Shown: positions 18,756-29,016 of the stretch, piece after piece | Numbering within the stretch: position 1 is the first letter of the stretch | Layout of the letters: each line of letters starts with the position of its first letter | From: a virus | Taxonomy: Duplodnaviria; Caudoviricetes | IMG/VR virus record: IMGVR_UViG_3300026512_000012 | Span: 1-63,403 of that record | Direction: 5' to 3' (one strand) | DNA: 63,403 bases | Made by a program: the position numbers and the translations under genes | Notes under the pieces: generated by a model | The model's database searches: none | What the model was told of the DNA's origin: nothing | The model's input: the letters and a program-made list of their open reading frames with translations, nothing else

Positions 18756-20248
18756 TGTATGATTGGACACAAGAACAGTTAAATATCTTTGAAGCAGTTG
18801 CTTCAAAGGTAGAAGGAGGTAACCTGCTACATGAGTTCATTAAGATCTCCGCTGTAGCAGGTTGACAAAGTTCATCTAAAACTACAGTATTAGTTGAAAT
18901 AGCTAAACGATTTAAACAATTTACACCATCTGGTACATTTAGATATCTTGTATTTGGTAATGCAAATGCTGCTGAAGCTAAACAGCGTTTTGGTAATACA
19001 GCTGAGTGTTCTACTTTACATTCTTTAGCATATCAAGCAGTAGTAAAACAATATAAATTAAAACTACCATTAGTTAATTTTATATCTTGGAAAAATACAT
19101 TACCTAAATTACGTCCAAAATATGAATATTTTATAAAAACCACAGAGCTTATAAATAATTTTTGTAATTCGAATAGTCTATCATTTAATGATTATTTAGA
19201 TGAAATATCTATAGATGATGATGAACCACATGCATTAGCTGCTAAAGATATTCTTACTGCAATGTATGATGGACAAATGCAAGCTACTCATAGTTTTTAT
19301 TTAAAATTATATCATATGGGTGTAATGGCTGGCAATATTAAGCCACATCCTACAGATATACTAGCAGTTGATGAGATAGGTGATGCCACTCCAATTACTA
19401 TTGATATTATTGAACAATACCCTGCTAAGCAAAAGATTATTGTAGGCGATCAAAAACAAGCTATTTTTAAGTTTATGGGATGTATAAATGGTTTTGATTA
19501 TTTCCATGATAAAGGTATTAAATTACCACTAACACAATCATTTAGAGTATCACAACCTATTGCAATTGCTATAGAAACTTTTTGTAGAGACTATATAGAC
19601 CCTGATATGGATTTTAAAGGAACCCCTAGATTGCTCCCTCCTGATACTTCAAAAGCTATTATTACTAGAACTAATACTCAACTTATAGATGAAATGATTA
19701 AATTAAATTTAGAATCTAAACCATATAAATTAACTTCTACTACTAAAATTAATCAAATCTTTAAATATCCATTATTTCTAGCATATGCTAAAGTAGGTAC
19801 AACTCAATATGATCCAGAATTAAAAGAACTTCAACAAGATGTTAATTTATGGGCTAGTATATTACCTGGACCTGATAAACCATCGCTTATGAAATTCTTA
19901 TTAGATGAAAATCAAGAGAATGAACAATTAAAAATAGCAGTAAAACTTATTCTTAAATATAGTAATAATACTGTTATAGAAACATACAAAAATGCTAATA
20001 AACATATTGGTATTGATTGTGATTTAACATTAACTACAGCTCATTCTAGTAAAGGTTTAGAGTTTTCACATGTACATATAGCTGATGATCTTAATAGGTC
20101 TATAGAACCTATTATAGAAGCTTTTAACAATGATTCTTCTTATGTACCAACCATTGAAGAACATACTGAACTTCTTTTATATTATGTTGCTGTTTCACGC
20201 AGCATATTTAAATTAACTAATGCTAAATGGCTTTTTCAAAACCTTTAA
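18755..20248 (+). CDS. UvrD/Rep-like SF1A helicase with in-frame TGA at codon 37 (18863-18865); recoded gene or pseudogene. The ORF track shows only 19262-20248.
   Basis: TAATG-coupled ATG at 18755 reads MYDWTQEQ...ISAVAG*QSSSKTT...LVFGN...STLHSLAY in frame with AVDEIGD, VGDQKQAIF, LTQSFR, TAHSSKGLEF, YVAVSR. Confidence 0.85.
18784..18866 (+). promoter_or_regulatory. tandem RNA hairpins plus SD-like spacer immediately 5' of and overlapping the internal stop
   Basis: CTTTGAAGCA (18787-18796)/TGCTTCAAAG (18799-18808); GAAGGAGG (18812-18819); AACCTGCTACA (18821-18831)/TGTAGCAGGTT (18853-18863). Confidence 0.75.
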
Positions 20249-20341
20249 ACTATTCATAAGCTTGTACACTGTACAATACAAATTCTATGGTTCAAGCGAT
20301 CGTACCATAAACGAAGTAGCCCATTCCTAAAGGAAAATTAT

Positions 20342-20632
20342 ATGAATACATTTACTAAAGCAAATTTAGTAGAAAGAATCGTAGAATCCAATGATATTGA
20401 ATCTAAAGCAGCTGCAAAGCGTGTTTTAGAACTTATTATTGAAGTAGTTAAAGAGCGTACAGCCGCAGGAGATAAAGTAGATATCTCAGGATTATGTTCT
20501 TTTAAACCGACTATTCAAGCAGCTCGCTCAGGTATTAATCAGTTAACTGGTAAGCCTTACAATAGCCCTGTTAAGAAAATTGTTAAAATTAAACCTTCGG
20601 CATCTTTTAAAAAGTTAATGGTAGACTCATAA
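20342..20632 (+). CDS. hup: HU/IHF family DNA-binding protein
   Basis: TKANLVERI, GDKVDISGLCSF, ARSGINQLTGK, KIKPSASFK. Confidence 0.92.
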   Translation: MNTFTKANLVERIVESNDIESKAAAKRVLELIIEVVKERTAAGDKVDISGLCSFKPTIQAARSGINQLTGKPYNSPVKKIVKIKPSASFKKLMVDS

Positions 20633-20973
20633 TGAGTTCTGCTGAAAGATGCATAGCAGAAGCTAAAGATGAAATACCGCAAAAGGGTATTAAATACGAT
20701 AATGATAAACTTCGTTATTCATTAATACCTCCAATTGCTCTTAGAGCTTTAGCTTCTATATTAACTTATGGTGCAAAAAAGTATACTCCTAATAATTGGA
20801 AATATCTTCCAAACGCTAAAGAGCGTTATACAGATGCTCTTTATCGTCATTTAGAAGCATACCGTAGTGGTAAAAAAGTAGATGAAGAATCAGGTAAACC
20901 TCATCTTCATCATGCATTTACTAATCTTATGTTTTTAATATGGTTTGAGGAAAATAAATGCCAATCCAGTTAG
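20632..20973 (+). CDS. DUF5664 dATP/dGTP diphosphohydrolase-like protein
   Basis: GIKYDNDKLRYSLIP, GAKKYTPNNW, ALYRHL, DEESGKPHLHHA. Confidence 0.88.
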   Translation: MSSAERCIAEAKDEIPQKGIKYDNDKLRYSLIPPIALRALASILTYGAKKYTPNNWKYLPNAKERYTDALYRHLEAYRSGKKVDEESGKPHLHHAFTNLMFLIWFEENKCQSS

Positions 20974-23231
20974 CAAAAAATAAACAACATAATGTGGTAA
21001 AGCGTAATAGTTCAATTGAACCATATTCATCTAAAAAATTAACTAAAGCTATTAATTGGTGTACTGATAATAATAAAGTATTAACTAAGACATTACTAAA
21101 TGCATTATCTATTAAAATTTATGATAAAATTAAAATTGATAAACTTTGGGATGAAGTTATAAATACTGCTTCTAATTTAGTATCAGAAATGTACCCAATT
21201 TGGGATAAAGTTGCTGAAAAAGCATATTTATTAAAAGTGTATAAAGAAACTTATAATAGTAATCCACCAAATAAATGTTATCCTAATTACTATGAAACTA
21301 TTAAAAAAGGTGTATCTGCAAATGTTTATACACCAGATCTTCTTACACACTTTACTGAAGAAGAGTTTATAACCTTAGGTGACTACATAGATGAAAGTAG
21401 GGATATAACTTTTCCTTTTATAGGTTTAATTACTTTAATGGATAAGTATGCTATTAATTATACCTTAACTAAAAAATTAGAATTACCTCAACATATTTAT
21501 ATGCGTGTGGCTATAGCACCATATTTATATGATAAATCTGAAAATAGATTAGAGAAAATAAAAAAAAGATATGATGATTTAAGTACATTCCTGTTTACAG
21601 AAGCTACTCCCAAAATGGTGAATAGTTTAACACCTAAACCACAATTAGCAAGTTGTGTATTAAATGAAGTTGATGATACAACTGAAAGTATTAATTATAC
21701 CGATACTGCATTATCAACTTTTAGTAAATATGGTGGTGGTTTAGCCTTAGATATTAGTAAATTACGATGCACATTATCACCAATAGGTAAAAATGGTGGT
21801 AGATCAGATGGTCCAATACCTTTCATAAAAAAATTTGAAGCTACCATAGGAGCATTTAATCAAAACGGTAAACGAAAAGGTGCTCTTGTTATTACATTCC
21901 CATTTTGGCATTATGATGTAAAAAATCTTCTTATGTTAAAAGATGCAGGAGGTAGTGAAGACACTAGAGCTAGAACTTTACAATATGCTATTAAATGGTA
22001 TCATATACTTACTACTCGTATTAAAGAAGATGGTTATATAACATTATTTGATCCAAAAGAAGTTCCATTATTAAATCAAACATATGGTGATAAATTTAAA
22101 AAAGCTTACTTAATGTATGAACAAAAAATAGGTATTAGAAAACAAAAAGTACCTGCTAGAGATTTAGCTTTTTTGATTAGCAAAATTAGATCAGAAACAG
22201 GAAATTTGTATATTACATTTGTTGATAATATTAATAAACAACGAATGACATATGCTCTAGTTTTTGCTTCTAATCTATGTCAAGAAGTTGTTTTACCTGT
22301 TAAAGCTAGTACAGACTTTACATCTAAAATTTTAATAAATTTTGAGACAGATAATGCATATACTATAAATACAGCTAAAACTGGTGAAATAGCTTTATGT
22401 AATTTATCATCTATAAATATTATGAAATGGATTAAGTTATCTCATATTAAAAAACAAGAATTTATACATAATTTATTAGAAGCTTCTGATAATTTAATTA
22501 CTCACCAATATTACCCTATTAAAGAGGGTGAGTATGCTAATAAACGACATAGGGCTATTGGTATAGGAGTATCAAACGAAGCTGCTTATGTGGCTAGTAA
22601 TAAATTGCTCTATACTGATAAAGAAACTGAGCTACTACTTCATGAATTATATGAAGATTTATCTTACTATATTTTAGAGGGTTCAGTAAAGTTAGCTAAA
22701 GAACGAGGTGCATATTCTACTTATAAAGATTCTTATTGGTCTCAAGGATTAATACCATTAGATTTATCATTATCTAAAATTACTTATGAGTATAAACATG
22801 ATTGGAGTTATTTACGACAACAGATAAAAAAATATGGAATTAGATTTTCATATCATATGGCTATAGCTCCTACAGCTACAAGTAGTCAGATAATCCGAGC
22901 TACAGAAGGTATAGAACCAGTTAAACAATTATCTATGATGAAAGAAGGTACTTATACTTTACCGATTTTAGTTCCTAATATTCAACAATATAGACAATGG
23001 TATCAATCAGCTTTTGATATTCCTATATCTACAACAAATACACTAAATAGTATTAGACAAAAATTTGTAGATCAATCCATATCATTTAGTCATTATTATC
23101 AAACTACTGATAGTAGTTTTGAAATAATTAATGATATTATTGATGCAGAATCAAAAGGACTAAAAACATTATATTATTTACAACCATTAAAATCAGATTT
23201 AATAAAAGGTTGTGAATCATGTTCATCTTAA
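20958..23231 (+). CDS. nrdA: class Ia ribonucleotide reductase alpha subunit with ATP cone
   Basis: VVKRN ATP-cone start, ATP..N, ASC, SNLCQE, CNLSS, IAPTATSS, KTLYY, C-terminal CESC. Confidence 0.96.
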   Translation: MPIQLAKNKQHNVVKRNSSIEPYSSKKLTKAINWCTDNNKVLTKTLLNALSIKIYDKIKIDKLWDEVINTASNLVSEMYPIWDKVAEKAYLLKVYKETYNSNPPNKCYPNYYETIKKGVSANVYTPDLLTHFTEEEFITLGDYIDESRDITFPFIGLITLMDKYAINYTLTKKLELPQHIYMRVAIAPYLYDKSENRLEKIKKRYDDLSTFLFTEATPKMVNSLTPKPQLASCVLNEVDDTTESINYTDTALSTFSKYGGGLALDISKLRCTLSPIGKNGGRSDGPIPFIKKFEATIGAFNQNGKRKGALVITFPFWHYDVKNLLMLKDAGGSEDTRARTLQYAIKWYHILTTRIKEDGYITLFDPKEVPLLNQTYGDKFKKAYLMYEQKIGIRKQKVPARDLAFLISKIRSETGNLYITFVDNINKQRMTYALVFASNLCQEVVLPVKASTDFTSKILINFETDNAYTINTAKTGEIALCNLSSINIMKWIKLSHIKKQEFIHNLLEASDNLITHQYYPIKEGEYANKRHRAIGIGVSNEAAYVASNKLLYTDKETELLLHELYEDLSYYILEGSVKLAKERGAYSTYKDSYWSQGLIPLDLSLSKITYEYKHDWSYLRQQIKKYGIRFSYHMAIAPTATSSQIIRATEGIEPVKQLSMMKEGTYTLPILVPNIQQYRQWYQSAFDIPISTTNTLNSIRQKFVDQSISFSHYYQTTDSSFEIINDIIDAESKGLKTLYYLQPLKSDLIKGCESCSS

Positions 23232-23240
23232 AGGAAATTT

Positions 23241-24335
23241 ATGGAATGTAAAAAAATCATATGTGTAAAAATAAAACCTAAAGATACAAAATTATTTTTT
23301 GGGGATTTTAATAATTATATTAGAATTAATCAGATTAAGTATCCACAATTTAAAAAATTATATGAACATTCTGAATCTAATACTTGGTTTATGAATGAAA
23401 TTGACTATACTTCAGATATAGCAGGATTTAAGACATTACCAAATCATGCTCAAAGAATGTTTAAATTAAATATTGTATATCAAACTTTAATGGACAGTGG
23501 TGTCACTAATATATTTGATTATATAGCTCAAATAACATCTGTTCCAGAATTGCAATATACTTATAAACGCATTAGTATTGAAGAATCTATTCATGCTGCT
23601 TCATATAGTAATGGTTTAGAAGTAGTTTTTGGGCAAGAAACGAATGATATTCTTGATCTTGTTTATTCAGATGAGCATATTCAAACTAGAATGATTAATG
23701 AGGTAAATGGTGCTGATAAATTTATTGATTTGTGTATCCATAAAAGTTTAATTAATGATGAAGCTAAAAAATCATTATTAACATTATTAGCAGCAACTTA
23801 TATATTAGAAGGAATTAAATTTCCATTTTCATTTTTTGTTACTTGGACTATTAATAAAGCTTATAATAATCCTATTCAAGGGTTTTCACGAGCTTTAAAA
23901 TTAATAGGCCATGATGAAATGACATTTCATACAGTAGTAGGTAAAACTGTTATTAATTTATTAAAGACAGATAAATATCAAGGATTTAAACATCTGTTTG
24001 ATAATGGTTGGTTTTCCAAAATGTTTAATTCATTACTGCAATTATCAGTACAACAAGAATTTGAATGGAACTCTTATTTACAACAAGAAGGTTCAATTCC
24101 TGGTTATACTAAGGATATTGGTAAACATTTTATTAAATATTGGGCAGATGTTCGTGCAAAAGATATTAAAGAATTACCATTATTTAATGAAAAATCTTCT
24201 GATATAATTGAATGGTATAACAAATATAGAAATCTTAATGGCACTACAACAGCATTACAAGAAGCAGATACTACTAACTATCAAAAAGGTAAATTAGTAA
24301 ATGATTTGAATAAATTTAATAAAGGAGTTAGATGA
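23241..24335 (+). CDS. nrdB: class Ia ribonucleotide reductase beta subunit
   Basis: LMDS, EESIHAASY, LEGIKF and DEMTFH ligands; C-terminal QEADTTNY. Confidence 0.95.
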   Translation: MECKKIICVKIKPKDTKLFFGDFNNYIRINQIKYPQFKKLYEHSESNTWFMNEIDYTSDIAGFKTLPNHAQRMFKLNIVYQTLMDSGVTNIFDYIAQITSVPELQYTYKRISIEESIHAASYSNGLEVVFGQETNDILDLVYSDEHIQTRMINEVNGADKFIDLCIHKSLINDEAKKSLLTLLAATYILEGIKFPFSFFVTWTINKAYNNPIQGFSRALKLIGHDEMTFHTVVGKTVINLLKTDKYQGFKHLFDNGWFSKMFNSLLQLSVQQEFEWNSYLQQEGSIPGYTKDIGKHFIKYWADVRAKDIKELPLFNEKSSDIIEWYNKYRNLNGTTTALQEADTTNYQKGKLVNDLNKFNKGVR

Positions 24336-24634
24336 AACAACTAACATTTGAAGAATACATAAAGTTTTTAGACTTTACCGATAGGGTAAATGCTCTATTT
24401 AATGAAGCAGCTATTGAAGATGCTTCAACTCATATAAATGATATTGCAGGAGAATATATGGCAATTAACCCAACAGAACCAACAAAAACAGATAAAACTA
24501 TAAATAGGATAGATACTATACTTAATAATTATACTAAGCGATTAGTAACTGATTCTAAAGACAATATAGCACGCCCCGAAGTAATTCAAACACTATTAGC
24601 ATTAGCTCAGCTTAGAACACAATTAGGAGCTTAG
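24332..24634 (+). CDS. hypothetical protein
   Basis: ATGA overlap with nrdB; AAGGAG RBS. Confidence 0.75.
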   Translation: MKQLTFEEYIKFLDFTDRVNALFNEAAIEDASTHINDIAGEYMAINPTEPTKTDKTINRIDTILNNYTKRLVTDSKDNIARPEVIQTLLALAQLRTQLGA

Positions 24635-25009
24635 GTGGAAAGTAAAAAACAATTTTACAATCAATTAGAACAGACTATTCGTTGGAACACAATCAGGGGT
24701 AACACCCCTGATACTTACTCTAAAGATTTAGAAGTATCTATGTTGCAAGAAGAGCTTAATGAATATAAAGAAGCTACAGATTTGTCTAATACTGTTAAAG
24801 AGCTTTTAGACATATTATTTGTTACTTATGGTACATTAAGTAAATTAGGTTTGCCATCTACAGCTATTGTTGAGTGCTATGGGACAGTTATTCAATCTAA
24901 CAATCAAAAGTCTAAAACAAAAAATGCTGCAGGTAAAATTACCAAATCAGTAAATTTTGTTAAAGCTGAACCACAAATAGCAAAAATACTTAAAAAGTAT
25001 TTTCTTTAA
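24635..25009 (+). CDS. MazG/HisE-like all-alpha NTP pyrophosphohydrolase
   Basis: QEELNEY...KELLDILFV...SNNQK...GKITK. Confidence 0.82.
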   Translation: MESKKQFYNQLEQTIRWNTIRGNTPDTYSKDLEVSMLQEELNEYKEATDLSNTVKELLDILFVTYGTLSKLGLPSTAIVECYGTVIQSNNQKSKTKNAAGKITKSVNFVKAEPQIAKILKKYFL

Positions 25010-28000
25010 AGTTCATGAAAAACAGGTGGTATTACCACCTGTTTTACCATTTCCATTACACCAAAATGGTGAAACATACTAAATGGTCCATTTAATACAG
25101 CACTGCTATCTACGATATCTGCTGTATCAATATTTGTAGTCATATACAATGCTTCTTGACCTAACATAACTGCTGCTGCTCGTATCGGATGTCTGTACAA
25201 TAACATCATTATTGCTTTTTGTATTCTTATTGCGTATTTACTGAATACTATCAATCCCATTTTATTCATTTTTGATAATAACGCTGAATCAGGATATGCA
25301 TAGTTAATAAATACTTCTCTAATATTATCTGTTATTTTTTTATTTGATATGACTAATTCTTTTTTAGTCATCATTCTACCATGTTCTTTATAAAATTTCT
25401 TTTGGGTTTTAACTTGCATTTGTACAAATTGATCATATCTAGCTACAAAATCACTTTTATTTACTGCACTATATATAAATTTAAATGTTTCTGTTTTATC
25501 TGTCATATAAATTTTATTACCTATAGTCTTGTATATTTCAGGAACATCTTTTGTTCTGTCTTCCATTAATTTTACTAATCTATTTCTACTAGCTGTATCA
25601 GCTTCAGCATCTTCCATTATTAGTGTAAATAATCCAGCATCTATTAAGGGTTTAATTGCCATATTATTCATATTATTATCAATTTCTTTTATTCGCATAT
25701 CATACTTGTTAGTTTGTTCACTTAATTTTCTAGCTTCTAACTGTATTCGTTCATTACGATCTGCTATATACATATTTAATTCATTCCAAGCTTTAGTATA
25801 ATTATTTATTATATGTCGTGGATTACCACCTGTCATCATACTATACAGAAAGTTACTTATTATATTATCTGCTATTACATCAAATAGTTTTATTACTACA
25901 CTTACTTTAAATAAACTTACAAATGCTTCCCACATATTCTCTAATTTTTTTAATAATAATTTTAATGGTTCTGGCAATTGTTTAACTCCAAACATATTTG
26001 TTATACTTAATTCTCTATATCCAAACATTCCTAATAATAAATTTCTTTTAACCCATAATTCTCCACTCGTTAATGCTACTGATAATTTTCCTAACTGTAA
26101 TTCTGTTAATTCATTATATTTACTACCTAATAATTCTTTTAATAAACTCTTAGATAATGGTTTTATTTCTAGTTCTTTAGCACCTTTTTCACTTTTAATT
26201 TCTACTGCTTCTTTTAGTTTTCTTAAAGTATCTTTAAATTCTGGTGGCAATATACTAGCAATATCGCTTATCATAGGATCATTACTAAATAAATCTATTT
26301 TTACATATTCATTATTTTGAATATTTCTATGTAATGGTGTCATTTCTGCCATATCTGCTAATAACTCTTGCATTACTATTTCATTTTGTTTTGCAGATTC
26401 TTCCACATCTATTTGATGTGCTACCATTCTTCCTAATGCATTAAATCCATTTACTTCCATTCCTAAATATTTTAATTTATCTTCCATACTTACATTAAAT
26501 CTGTATTCTACAATTTTTCCTTCATTATTAAATTCAGGTGTTATTACACCTTCTAAATTTACTTTTTGCCCCTTCATTATTTTTTTATTTAATACTTCTG
26601 TATATATTTTGGCATCTTGTACTCCTTTCCATGCTATTTTAGTAGCTCCATCTATTCCACTCTTTCTAGCATTTTCATACATACTTCTACCAACTTGCCT
26701 ATCTCCTACATATCTTATAGCACTTTTATTAAATGGTTGTATTAATCTATCTGTACTAACATATAGTCCCATTCTTTCACCATTATAGTCAAATTTTGTT
26801 TTTTCTAATTCCCTTACAAATTTATACCCCCGTGCTTCTAATCTTTTTTTATCTTTCATTCTTCCTACAAGACTAGTAACAAAAGCATCATATGTCTCTC
26901 TTACAGTACCTTTTTTAGCATTCAATACATCTACATCTTTCTTTCTACTCATTACATTCTTAGCGTGTGCTGTATGCATTCTACCAAAAGCTACAACGCC
27001 TTCACTATCTTCTTTAATTAATTCTGCTAGTACATTTTTTGCAACGCTATCAGTATTTTTTAATGCTTCCAAACTTACCATTTCATCTATTGCTTCTACT
27101 ATTTCTTCATTAATCGGTTTTTCACTTCCACTTCCCATCATTCTAGCTATTGCAGTTGCATTTCTTAACTGTACTTCTGTACCTTTTCCTGTTAGCATCA
27201 TTTCTGCCAACCCTTTAACTTGAAATCTATAAAACCTCATTTCTTCTTCAGATACTTTATTACTTAACCACTTATCCAATTGTTTTAGTCTATTATCAAT
27301 AGCTTTTTCACTTGTTATAAATTTTAAAGCTTTTTCTCCATATTTACTTAGCAATAGTGCTCCATCGCTCATTTGCAACACTATTTGCAATGCTGCTGAT
27401 TCCTCCTTACTCAATTTTCTTTTAAATAATTGTTTTCCTAATAATGCTAGATTATTGGCTAATGCCATTCTTTCTTCATCTATTTGTACTGACATTAATC
27501 CTAAATTTTGTGCTAGATTATCCATAGGAGTTGTTTTCTTTATTTGTCTAATAGCAGTTTGTACTATTCCTTCTGGTTTCATCTTTAGTGCTGTCATTAG
27601 AGCTTCTAATGTTCCTGACATACTAGGACTTGCTACTAAATGCCCAAACAACCCTGCATACCATCTTGCCTTCTTCCATAGTGGATCACTTATTTTTGGT
27701 TTACTGTTAATTAATCTTTCATTCATTGTTTCACCATACTTACTTAGTGTTTCATACCATTTTTCTTCTAACCCATCTACCCATTCGTTTATTTTTGTAA
27801 ATGGAGTCTCTACTACTTTTCTCTGCATTTTTGTTTGTGCTATGGCAAATGCTTCAAGTACTACCATTGCTGCTTGACTACCTTTCATATTAGGCTTTTC
27901 ACCATTCCACATTGCTATTGCTCTAGTAACTAGTTTATTTATCCAATTCATTATTTTATTAAATAGTGTTCCACCACTCTTTTCTTCTTTTTCCATAAAC

Positions 28001-29016
28001 CCATCTAGTTTTTCAATTACTCCTTCATGAGTTACTGAATATGCTAAAAATTCTTTTAAATCATTATTAACATATTCTAATCTTTCTTTAGCTATCTCTT
28101 CTTCTATTTCTCTATTTATTACTATTTTTGGCATGAAGTCTTTATATGTTAATCTCTTCATTGCTTCTTTTCTTAATTTTTTCAATCGTGTTAATGCGTG
28201 AGCTACTTGTCCTTTAGCATTTTCCATTGCAAACACGCTTACAGCGTGTACTAGTTCATGTACAAATACTGTTACAGCACTCATTTCATTTCCATATTTA
28301 ACTGCTGTTGTATTTACATTTAGATATATTCCTTTATCTTTTACTGTGTTTATATGTCCATCATTATATTCAGCATTTTCGTCTACATACACAGCCATTT
28401 CTGGTATAGCTCTTAACATTGGTCCTAGTATTACTCGTACAACATTTTCTAAATGTTTATACATTTTATCACTAATTCCTACAGCATCCATTTTTTTCAA
28501 CTTTCTCATTAATCCTAATACTGATTCTACACTATTTATTTTACTTGCTTTTAGCACTTCTTCATAGTTTTTACTATCGTTAGTTTTACCATTAGCCCCA
28601 TACCTACCTATGTCTTCTATACTACCTTTTTCAGTATCCACTAACTTAGCATTTAATGTATATCTTTTTGCACTTCTTGGAAACAGTGCCTCTACTATTA
28701 CATTCCCTTCAGTACTGGCCTTACCACCTACAATATTTATTGGTTTATTTTTATATTTTGGTTTTAGTATATTCATTTTTGCTACTTGACTTATAGTTAA
28801 ACTAACTTTAGCTTGTTTAATACCTCCTGTAGCCTCTCTAAGCCGTCCTAACTCTTCTACTACATTCAACATCTCTTGTTCTTCAGGACTCAATAGCATT
28901 CCTTGTAGGTCCATCTTTTTTACTTTTATATAATCTTCTACGGCTTTCTTTTCATCCAAACTAGCATCACTATTTTGGACTCTATTTAATACATTCTCAT
29001 AACCACATTTAGCCAT
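25006..29016 (-). CDS. large virion/ejection protein with zincin HExxH; probable equivalent of the N4 vRNAP C-terminal domain
   Basis: FVHELVHA (H..H at 28246-28260) with downstream EFLAY; 1336 aa; only Cys is residue 4; lies downstream of the polymerase gene. Confidence 0.7.
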   Translation of the reverse strand: MAKCGYENVLNRVQNSDASLDEKKAVEDYIKVKKMDLQGMLLSPEEQEMLNVVEELGRLREATGGIKQAKVSLTISQVAKMNILKPKYKNKPINIVGGKASTEGNVIVEALFPRSAKRYTLNAKLVDTEKGSIEDIGRYGANGKTNDSKNYEEVLKASKINSVESVLGLMRKLKKMDAVGISDKMYKHLENVVRVILGPMLRAIPEMAVYVDENAEYNDGHINTVKDKGIYLNVNTTAVKYGNEMSAVTVFVHELVHAVSVFAMENAKGQVAHALTRLKKLRKEAMKRLTYKDFMPKIVINREIEEEIAKERLEYVNNDLKEFLAYSVTHEGVIEKLDGFMEKEEKSGGTLFNKIMNWINKLVTRAIAMWNGEKPNMKGSQAAMVVLEAFAIAQTKMQRKVVETPFTKINEWVDGLEEKWYETLSKYGETMNERLINSKPKISDPLWKKARWYAGLFGHLVASPSMSGTLEALMTALKMKPEGIVQTAIRQIKKTTPMDNLAQNLGLMSVQIDEERMALANNLALLGKQLFKRKLSKEESAALQIVLQMSDGALLLSKYGEKALKFITSEKAIDNRLKQLDKWLSNKVSEEEMRFYRFQVKGLAEMMLTGKGTEVQLRNATAIARMMGSGSEKPINEEIVEAIDEMVSLEALKNTDSVAKNVLAELIKEDSEGVVAFGRMHTAHAKNVMSRKKDVDVLNAKKGTVRETYDAFVTSLVGRMKDKKRLEARGYKFVRELEKTKFDYNGERMGLYVSTDRLIQPFNKSAIRYVGDRQVGRSMYENARKSGIDGATKIAWKGVQDAKIYTEVLNKKIMKGQKVNLEGVITPEFNNEGKIVEYRFNVSMEDKLKYLGMEVNGFNALGRMVAHQIDVEESAKQNEIVMQELLADMAEMTPLHRNIQNNEYVKIDLFSNDPMISDIASILPPEFKDTLRKLKEAVEIKSEKGAKELEIKPLSKSLLKELLGSKYNELTELQLGKLSVALTSGELWVKRNLLLGMFGYRELSITNMFGVKQLPEPLKLLLKKLENMWEAFVSLFKVSVVIKLFDVIADNIISNFLYSMMTGGNPRHIINNYTKAWNELNMYIADRNERIQLEARKLSEQTNKYDMRIKEIDNNMNNMAIKPLIDAGLFTLIMEDAEADTASRNRLVKLMEDRTKDVPEIYKTIGNKIYMTDKTETFKFIYSAVNKSDFVARYDQFVQMQVKTQKKFYKEHGRMMTKKELVISNKKITDNIREVFINYAYPDSALLSKMNKMGLIVFSKYAIRIQKAIMMLLYRHPIRAAAVMLGQEALYMTTNIDTADIVDSSAVLNGPFSMFHHFGVMEMVKQVVIPPVFHEL

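Noticed and set aside
18863-18865. Genome-wide TGA reassignment (code 4 or 25)
   Set aside because: TGA terminates nrdB (24333-24335) and the portal in ATGA overlaps, Trp is encoded by TGG, and no other gene shows an internal TGA.
18861-18890. GT..AG micro-intron, or a TTGACA -35 promoter at the insert
   Set aside because: Excising GTTGACAAAG (10 nt) breaks the frame, the insert is far too short for a self-splicing intron, and there is no good -10 at 16-18 nt spacing.
18863-18920. Selenocysteine insertion
   Set aside because: A bacterial SECIS lies 3' of UGA, whereas the strong structures here are 5', and Sec would not remove the extra P-loop residues.
20632-20973. 2-aminoadenine (Z) genome pathway
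   Set aside because: DUF5664 is widespread in phages and no PurZ is present in the window.
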